A stretch of DNA of 42,567 nucleotides, taken from the sequence record SRR31156797_1634. One strand, written 5' to 3'. The position numbers and the translations under genes were made by a program. Below, one piece after another: positions 36,002 to 42,567 of the stretch; positions within the stretch are counted from its first letter, which is position 1, and each line of letters starts with the position of its first letter. The notes under the pieces were generated by a model that saw only the letters and a program-made list of their open reading frames with translations, was not told the DNA's origin and made no database searches.

Positions 36002-37642
36002 TCAACCCTCCCTCCCCGGCAGTTCAATCATGATTGAAGTTCCTTTCTCGCTTGAACTTTCAAAAGAAATACTTCCGTCCATAGTTTCGGTAATAAGTTT
36101 TGCAGAATAAGTCCCCAGACCTGTTCCATCAGATTTGTCGGCAGTAACGTATTTCTCAAAAAAAGTATCCCGGATACTTTCAGGAACCGCGCCCATATTA
36201 TGGATCCGTATGACAACATTTCCGGCAATCATCCGGACATCCAACGTGATCACTCCGCCGACAGGAGATGCTTCTACGGCATTCTTCAAAATATTGGACA
36301 AAAGCGAATAAGTCAGAAATTCATCACAACAGACACTAAAAGAAAAATCACCTTCAACTTCTCGACCTTCGAACTGTTCCCTTATGACCAGCTTCTTGTA
36401 CTTGATCAGATCAAACAGATCTTTAACCACAGAACGGGCAAGCTCATATATGTCCGCAACTGCAGGCTTATATTCATACGAACCTGTTTCCATTTTGTAG
36501 AGATCAAGAGAAAGGTTAATCATATTCAACAACTTATAGCCGGAGACCTGTATGTACTCCAAAACTTCCCGCTGACTTTCAGTCAGGCTGCTTTCATCAT
36601 CCTTCAACAATAAATCAGGAAGACCGATAATACCGTTTAAAGGGCCTTTAAGGTCATGGCGGACAATGCGGTCAACATGTTCCTTTAAATCAGCAAGCTT
36701 TTTCTGTTCGCTAATATCGATAAAATTTTCGACCATATGCAGCTTGCCATCAATCATGACCCTGCTTACGGTTTTTTGAACTGGGATAAGCTCCCCGTCC
36801 TTTGTTTCAATAGTATATTCTCCGTTGATTTCTTCCAAACCACGATCAGCAATGGGGCAATCCCCTTTGCATGCGGTACAGAGCACATTAAAACACTCTG
36901 TCCCGATAACCTCTTCCCAATCCCTCCCCATCATCTCGAGTGCCTTGGGGTTTGCATCGACAATCCTGTAATTTTCCGCTTCCACCACCATGACTCCGGC
37001 CTGCATGGCGTTCAAGGTAATATCCAACCGATCATAGGCATCAACAAGATCCTGAGTACGCTGTTGAACCTTACGCTTAAGTTCCAAACTATGATTTCGC
37101 ATGATTTCACGAGTTTCGTAATTTTCAAGGGCATTGACCGCGGAAAGCATGAACACTGAAAATAATTTCAAGGTTGTATCAAGAATCTCTTCCTTGCTCT
37201 GTTGCATTATCCCTGCAAACATTCCCCGCACCCGAAACGGGGTTAACAAAGAATGGAGCAGTATGTGACTATCCCCTGTAGAATCAAGAAAAAACACCGG
37301 ACCGTCAGACTGTAATGCATAAGCAAAAGACTGGTCCGTGATAAGTGAACCTATTTCCCCTTCCAGCCTTGCTGTGGCGCTATCCGGACAGGATCTGGCC
37401 TGCACAAAATCCTGCGTCTCATTATCCACAAGATAAACTGCACAAGACTGGAACGGAATCATCCTTTGAGCACGATCACAGATATCCTGCAGTAGTTTTT
37501 CCAGCGAAGACTGCTGAGGAGACAGTGAAGTTATGGTCCCCAATTCCCGGGCCAAATCCAAAGCCTCCATAGCAGCAGCCTTCTCTTCCTGCAGGGCTTT
37601 AATCTGTTGCCGCTGAAATCTTATCAATTTTTTTTCGTCCAT
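36002..37642 (-). CDS. GAF-like/PAS sensor histidine kinase (cytoplasmic)
   Basis: RHDLKGPL H-box, NILKNAVEA N-box, GTGLG, and PAS segment IVDANPKA. ATG 37642 follows GGAGG. Confidence 0.88.
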   Translation of the reverse strand: MDEKKLIRFQRQQIKALQEEKAAAMEALDLARELGTITSLSPQQSSLEKLLQDICDRAQRMIPFQSCAVYLVDNETQDFVQARSCPDSATARLEGEIGSLITDQSFAYALQSDGPVFFLDSTGDSHILLHSLLTPFRVRGMFAGIMQQSKEEILDTTLKLFSVFMLSAVNALENYETREIMRNHSLELKRKVQQRTQDLVDAYDRLDITLNAMQAGVMVVEAENYRIVDANPKALEMMGRDWEEVIGTECFNVLCTACKGDCPIADRGLEEINGEYTIETKDGELIPVQKTVSRVMIDGKLHMVENFIDISEQKKLADLKEHVDRIVRHDLKGPLNGIIGLPDLLLKDDESSLTESQREVLEYIQVSGYKLLNMINLSLDLYKMETGSYEYKPAVADIYELARSVVKDLFDLIKYKKLVIREQFEGREVEGDFSFSVCCDEFLTYSLLSNILKNAVEASPVGGVITLDVRMIAGNVVIRIHNMGAVPESIRDTFFEKYVTADKSDGTGLGTYSAKLITETMDGSISFESSSEKGTSIMIELPGREG

Positions 37643-37643
37643 C

Positions 37644-38870
37644 CTAACCTCCGAATATGGCAAGAATGTCCGCAATCTGACGTCTGCCCTTCAATAAGGT
37701 GGTTACAACCGCGCCATCAGGAAGGCCAAGAATATCCCATGACCCAGGATAAGGGGTATTTATAAGACCGAAACTGTCTGTCCCGTACTGCATTGCGACC
37801 GCCATGGAATCAGCGACAGAGCATATTGCCGACTCAATACAGAAATCTCCGGAGCGGCTACCATGATGCCCGACCACACCGGCAGTGATCGATAGCGGGA
37901 TATTCCAGAGTTCAAAGAGTTTTCCGGCAAGCTCACAATGATTAAATCCAAAAATGATTGACTCTGCAACGCAATAACTGATGTTGCGGGCCATGCGCAA
38001 TTGAAGGGCCAGATCTATTTTTTCCGGATACTGCTGCAACATAATCAACTGACCGATGTCATGAAGCATTCCCACAACAAAACATTTATCTTGTGAAACA
38101 CCGGGGACCTGTTGGGCTATAATGCGACAAAACACCGCGCAGGCGAGTGAATGTTTCCAGAAATCAACCATAGAAAAGCCGACGTCATGATCTCCCTTAA
38201 AAGTTTCCATAACCGAGACACTCAAAGCAAGCTGGCAAACACCATCTGTTCCCACCAGAGAAACAGCCCTGCTCAAGGACTCCACCGGAAGGTCAAAACC
38301 GTACAGAGGACTGTTGACCAGACTGATAAGCTTTGCACTCAAACCGGAATCCTTGGAAATTATATCCGCAAGGTTTTCTGAACCTCCTCCAGGATCATTT
38401 AATGTTTCCATAATTTTATAATAAATGTCCGGGAAAGCCGCCAAACGGATACCGCTCTTCAAAAACACATCAGCACTAGCAAAAAGCGGGGTATCGGGGA
38501 TATCGAGCTCACTGCCCATGGAAATCATGGTCTGGGGCAGTTTGTTATTCTTCTCCAACTCACCCACAAAATGCTTGATGCAGGCTTCCTTCAAAATTTC
38601 CATGGGCGCCACAGTCATATCCACATATGCAAAAACGCCATCCACATATTCCTCTGCAAGAGCCTGTAGACGGGGATCAGAATCCGCATAGTCTTCTCCG
38701 GCTCTGTTTCCGCCGAGAACATCTACTTCACTAACTCCCCAGATATTAAAAATTCGCAGATGCCGCTCTTCCAGAACAGTATCTGCCGCCAGCAAAAAAC
38801 GGCCATTAGCCCCTTTAGCATCTTCAGCCAGACGCATTCCGACTTTCAAGTCACCGACAAAAACTTTCAT
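37644..38870 (-). CDS. HDOD domain protein
   Basis: DSGLSAKLISLVNSPLYG, FWKHSLACA, GMLHDIGQL and GHH. Confidence 0.9.
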   Translation of the reverse strand: MKVFVGDLKVGMRLAEDAKGANGRFLLAADTVLEERHLRIFNIWGVSEVDVLGGNRAGEDYADSDPRLQALAEEYVDGVFAYVDMTVAPMEILKEACIKHFVGELEKNNKLPQTMISMGSELDIPDTPLFASADVFLKSGIRLAAFPDIYYKIMETLNDPGGGSENLADIISKDSGLSAKLISLVNSPLYGFDLPVESLSRAVSLVGTDGVCQLALSVSVMETFKGDHDVGFSMVDFWKHSLACAVFCRIIAQQVPGVSQDKCFVVGMLHDIGQLIMLQQYPEKIDLALQLRMARNISYCVAESIIFGFNHCELAGKLFELWNIPLSITAGVVGHHGSRSGDFCIESAICSVADSMAVAMQYGTDSFGLINTPYPGSWDILGLPDGAVVTTLLKGRRQIADILAIFGG

Positions 38871-38977
38871 ACCCTACCCTTCACTATTACAAAAAAACTG
38901 AAAACAAATTTAGTTTTAACTGGCTAACAGTAACAGATGAGGAACGATTAGAATATAAATTTACTTTGCATAGAAAC

Positions 38978-39013
38978 AAAAAAAGGAGGAGCAGCTATCA
39001 GCTGCACCTCCTT
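38978..39013 (-). terminator. Rho-independent terminator downstream of the HAD gene
   Basis: AAGGAGGAGCAGCT-ATC-AGCTGCACCTCCTT stem with an A-run at 38978-38984 (U-tract on the minus strand). Confidence 0.75.
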
Positions 39014-39035
39014 CAAGGGTCATATTTTGAAATAA

Positions 39036-39698
39036 TTAAAGCAGGGACACTAAATCAGCCGGGGTATCAAGCACAATATTTGCCCCGGACTTTACAAGCT
39101 CCCCTTCTCCACGAAATCCCCATCCGGCCCCGACAGCGATCATACCTGCGTTGACACCGGTCTTGATATCCACATCAGTATCACCGACGAACAAAGTCTG
39201 CTGCGGAGAAACACCCATTTTCTTAGCAAGTTCAAAGGCAGCATCAGGTTCCGGCTTAAGGGGAACATCTTTGCGTCCGCCATAAACGGCTGCAAATTCA
39301 ATGTTCGGTAAATATTTTTTTACGGCTTCAACAGCATGATCGTGAGGTTTGTTGGATAGAATCGCTATTTTTTTACCGGCGGACACAAAAGCCGCAAGAA
39401 CCTCAGGAATTCCGGCATATGGCCGGACGTGCTTATTCAACTCTTTTTCAAATTCATCCAGCAAAACAGGTACAAACAGATCATAATCATCCTGATTCTG
39501 CTTATCCTCCGGCAGAACACGCCAAGCTAATTTCTTAGCACCATCCCCCACAAATTTACGATATGCATCTACCGGATGGATTGGATATCCCATACGGTCC
39601 AAGGCAGAATTTCCAGCTGCTGCTATATCGCTCAATGTATCAAGCAGGGTTCCATCCAAATCAAAAATAACAGCTGAAAAATCAAGTGAACTTTCCAT
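39036..39698 (-). CDS. HAD-family phosphatase (phosphoglycolate phosphatase-like)
   Basis: FDLDGTLLDT, LSNK, KPEP, VGDTDVD and WGF. Confidence 0.9.
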   Translation of the reverse strand: MESSLDFSAVIFDLDGTLLDTLSDIAAAGNSALDRMGYPIHPVDAYRKFVGDGAKKLAWRVLPEDKQNQDDYDLFVPVLLDEFEKELNKHVRPYAGIPEVLAAFVSAGKKIAILSNKPHDHAVEAVKKYLPNIEFAAVYGGRKDVPLKPEPDAAFELAKKMGVSPQQTLFVGDTDVDIKTGVNAGMIAVGAGWGFRGEGELVKSGANIVLDTPADLVSLL

Positions 39699-39817
39699 AT
39701 ATCAAACCAAATCTTTTTTAAAAATTAGTATAGAAATTAACGACACACCACCCCATCCAAGACAACCAGCCCTATCTTTATGGCGGTCCTTGGCAATCAG
39801 CATCTAATTTGTCCACA

Positions 39818-41053
39818 TCATTTGATAAGAACCTCCGCCGGAACAGCATCCGGTCCCTTGCGGGCCGTGGTGGAAGGCGGGGCCGTGTGCCACGGATTCG
39901 GGGCCTTAGCCATGCTATGGCCGAGCACAAAAAGCTTACTCATATAGACCGGGCTGAACATCTCGTCTGACTCTTCATTGTAATCCGGTGGGATAAAAGT
40001 CAGCTTAAAATCCACCCCGTCACGCTCGGCAGTATAGTACATGCGGTAAAGATCACCGATGCCCTGATTACGAATCAATCCGGCGAGTGAACGGGCGGCA
40101 ATACCCCCAATGTACGGCTCCACCTGCACCCCTTCGGTAACTAGAGCGTCATTGCGGATTATGTAAAGAGTGATTTTCCTTTTCTCACCTATCTTTTCCA
40201 GTTCCTCGGCAAGATGAATACTAGGCGGATAGGAAAAGACCTGATTGCTGACCCCACCGTCCACATGCATTTCATCATAAATTTTGTCCCCGGCCTTAAC
40301 CTTGAAATAAACGGGAGGGAAGGCCACTGGAATTGAGGCTGAAGCAAGGATAACATCACGGATAAGCTGATCCGCCTCTGAAGTGCCGTACTGAGCCAAA
40401 GCGCCGATGTCCCAATAAACCGGGCGCATGGCATCTAGATTGGTGGTTCCGATCAAAAGCCTGCGCCCCTTGCGGTGCTCCACTGCGATTTTGGCTATGA
40501 AATCATGATTTACGAACTTTTTCAGAGCTTCCCGAAGTGGCTCAGTGCTGTATACTGAATCCCCGGAAATAGCGGAAACATAGGAACGCTGCTGCACAAG
40601 ATCACTAGTTTCAAAGGTAGTATAGAACATCTCAATGAAAGGGTCGTAATCCGACCCCATGAAGGCAAAAGGAGCAATCAGTGCCCCGGTACTGATCCCC
40701 GTTACCAGCCCGAAAGCAGGACGGTCACCGCGCTCGGTCCAACCGCAGAGAAAGCCTGCCCCGAAAGCACCATCAGCTCCACCGCCGGAAAGGGACAAAA
40801 AGCTGATCTCCGCCGGCAGTTTGTTCATGCGACTCAGTTCGGCCCACTGCTTCATGACCTTCTCCATATGTTTCGGGGTGGTATCCCCAAAAAAACGGAC
40901 CTGATCATAACCGGGTAGACTGGCCTGCGCCTGCATCTCCACCGGAATGGGATTACGCTTCAAACCACACGCTGAAATCAGAAACAGTAACAGGAAAATG
41001 AAAAGTTGCCTGCAACCCCGTCCAATATCTTTTTGCTTAAATTTCATACTCAT
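39818..41053 (-). CDS. Patatin-like phospholipase, probable lipoprotein
   Basis: LISA-C lipobox; SGGGADGAFGAG, GISTG and DGG. Confidence 0.88.
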   Translation of the reverse strand: MSMKFKQKDIGRGCRQLFIFLLLFLISACGLKRNPIPVEMQAQASLPGYDQVRFFGDTTPKHMEKVMKQWAELSRMNKLPAEISFLSLSGGGADGAFGAGFLCGWTERGDRPAFGLVTGISTGALIAPFAFMGSDYDPFIEMFYTTFETSDLVQQRSYVSAISGDSVYSTEPLREALKKFVNHDFIAKIAVEHRKGRRLLIGTTNLDAMRPVYWDIGALAQYGTSEADQLIRDVILASASIPVAFPPVYFKVKAGDKIYDEMHVDGGVSNQVFSYPPSIHLAEELEKIGEKRKITLYIIRNDALVTEGVQVEPYIGGIAARSLAGLIRNQGIGDLYRMYYTAERDGVDFKLTFIPPDYNEESDEMFSPVYMSKLFVLGHSMAKAPNPWHTAPPSTTARKGPDAVPAEVLIK

Positions 41054-41272
41054 CTATTGCTCCGCCATAACGCATGGCCAGATTATCTATTCCAATTTCC
41101 TTTATACAAAGCCTTGGCTGGGCAAAAAACTGTCAAACTATCCCTAACATTTCATTATAGCAGGGGTCCAGCCCATCGCAAAGCTGGACATTGCAGCCCA
41201 AGCGTTTAAAAGTATACGCTGGTAATAGAACGAATCGAGATATGAATTTCCCAGAGAGCGCACGGAAACGAG

Positions 41273-42496
41273 ATGAACATACTCTACTACGATTGTTTTT
41301 CAGGTATCAGCGGTGACATGAATCTCGCCGCCATGATCGGGCTTGGAATCAAACCCGATTTCCTGCGTAATGAACTTTCCAAACTTGGGCTGGATGAAGA
41401 GTTCTCTCTCAAAATGTCCCAAGATTCCCGCAAGGGCATTTTCGGCACCCGTGTGGATGTGAAACTGGCCCGCCAGCACAAACATCATCATGACCATGGT
41501 CACCATCAGCACGGGCATCACCACCATCACGAACACCGAAACCTAAAAGACATCGAAGAGCTTATCAATTCCAGTGGTCTCAGCGACAAGGTCAAATCCA
41601 CCAGTCTGGCAATTTTCAAACGGGTTGCAGAAGCTGAAGCAAAAATCCACGGCAGCACCATTTACCAAGTCCATTTCCACGAAGTAGGTGCAACGGATTC
41701 CATAGTAGACATTGTCGGCGCGGCAATCTGTTTTCACAAGCTGGAAATCGACGAAGTCTGGTGTTCATCCATTGAGTTGGGCGGCGGATTCGTCAATTGC
41801 GCCCACGGCAAAATGCCCGTCCCCGCCCCGGCCACATCTGAAATCCTCGCCGGATTGCCTTCCACTCAAGGCGCGGTGCAAAAGGAAACAACAACTCCTA
41901 CGGGTGCAGCAATTCTCGCCGAATTGATTGATAACTTTTCCGATTCCCCGCGCATGGCTGTACAGAAAACAGCATACGGTATCGGACACCGAGACAATGA
42001 AATCCCAAACGTGCTCCGCGTCCAGCTTGCCAGAATGGAACAGCAAGCCACATCCCTGCCCACGGTTCCGGCAAAACTGCTGCAATGCAACATAGACGAC
42101 ATGACCGGGGAAATGCTCGGCGCTGCCCTGGATCAACTAATGGAAGACGGGGCCATGGATGTACATTTTACGCCCATCGTCATGAAGAAGAACCGTCCGG
42201 CCACCACCCTTTCCCTGCTCTGCTCAGCCGAAGATGAAAATAAATTTAAGCGGCTTATTTTCAAGCACACCACTACGTTAGGCATCAAGAGTACTGACAT
42301 TGAAAAAACTGTGCTCAGTGTATCATTCGACAAGCTCGAAACACCGCTCGGCAGCGTAACAATGAAGAATGCTATTCTCGACGGCAAAATCATCCGCTCC
42401 AAGCCCGAACTCGAAGACTGTCGCGCTTTAGCAAAGCAGCACGAAATTTCACTGAGTGAAGTATATTTGCAGATCGGGAAAGTAAGAGACATTTGA
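41273..42496 (+). CDS. larC: Nickel pincer cofactor biosynthesis protein LarC
   Basis: DCFSGISGDM, His-rich tract, VHFHEVGATDSIVDI, HGKMPVPAPAT, NIDDM and MKKNRP. Confidence 0.92.
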   Translation: MNILYYDCFSGISGDMNLAAMIGLGIKPDFLRNELSKLGLDEEFSLKMSQDSRKGIFGTRVDVKLARQHKHHHDHGHHQHGHHHHHEHRNLKDIEELINSSGLSDKVKSTSLAIFKRVAEAEAKIHGSTIYQVHFHEVGATDSIVDIVGAAICFHKLEIDEVWCSSIELGGGFVNCAHGKMPVPAPATSEILAGLPSTQGAVQKETTTPTGAAILAELIDNFSDSPRMAVQKTAYGIGHRDNEIPNVLRVQLARMEQQATSLPTVPAKLLQCNIDDMTGEMLGAALDQLMEDGAMDVHFTPIVMKKNRPATTLSLLCSAEDENKFKRLIFKHTTTLGIKSTDIEKTVLSVSFDKLETPLGSVTMKNAILDGKIIRSKPELEDCRALAKQHEISLSEVYLQIGKVRDI

Positions 42497-42524
42497 TTCG
42501 CTTCGCGATTTTTATGCTCTGATT

Positions 42525-42567
42525 ATGCCTCCGGCGGCCAAAGAACCCTTTTGAAAAAGGGTTCTCT
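42525..42567. repeat. Interspersed palindromic (REP-like) repeat, copy 3, running off the window end
   Basis: ATGCCTCCGGCGGC (reverse complement of the core) followed by the hairpin AGAACCCTTT-TGAA-AAAGGGTTCT. Confidence 0.75.

Noticed and set aside
41476-41536. CAT/CAC-rich tract as a tandem or contingency repeat
   Set aside because: Mixed codons encode the normal His-rich region of LarC; it is not a pure microsatellite.

Overview
This is a 42.6 kb chromosomal window from a Desulfovibrionaceae-type sulfate reducer, probably Maridesulfovibrio-like (inferred from protein families and an interspersed GCCGCCGGAGGCAT repeat). It contains five blocks. (1) The 3' part of an aryl-polyene/ladderane-island-like type II fatty-acid/polyketide lipid cluster with a B12-radical SAM enzyme (1-9650). 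(2) A secreted hypothetical protein, an aldehyde:ferredoxin oxidoreductase and an adenine deaminase. (3) A stand-alone minus-strand cassette: ECF sigma, soluble zinc-finger anti-sigma, flgD, flgE, flgK, flgL, fliD. These are the externally exposed non-flagellin axial parts, and FliD, FlgK and FlgE look unusually non-acidic. (4) A LacI-controlled galactose/hexose uptake and catabolism operon. (5) HDOD, kinase, REC and Hpt-REC signalling genes, a HAD phosphatase, a patatin lipoprotein and larC. The most notable unexplained signal is the non-coding DNA around the sigma/anti-sigma pair. It has CsrA-type ANGGAN hexaloop hairpins on the anti-sigma leader, exact 15-nt and 10-nt complementary blocks between the sigma leader and the flgD leader, a 14-bp direct repeat, and a shared CTTGCGTAT motif. 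No CRISPR array, tRNA, rRNA, transposase or recombinase was seen. All calls come from reading motifs by eye; no searches were run.
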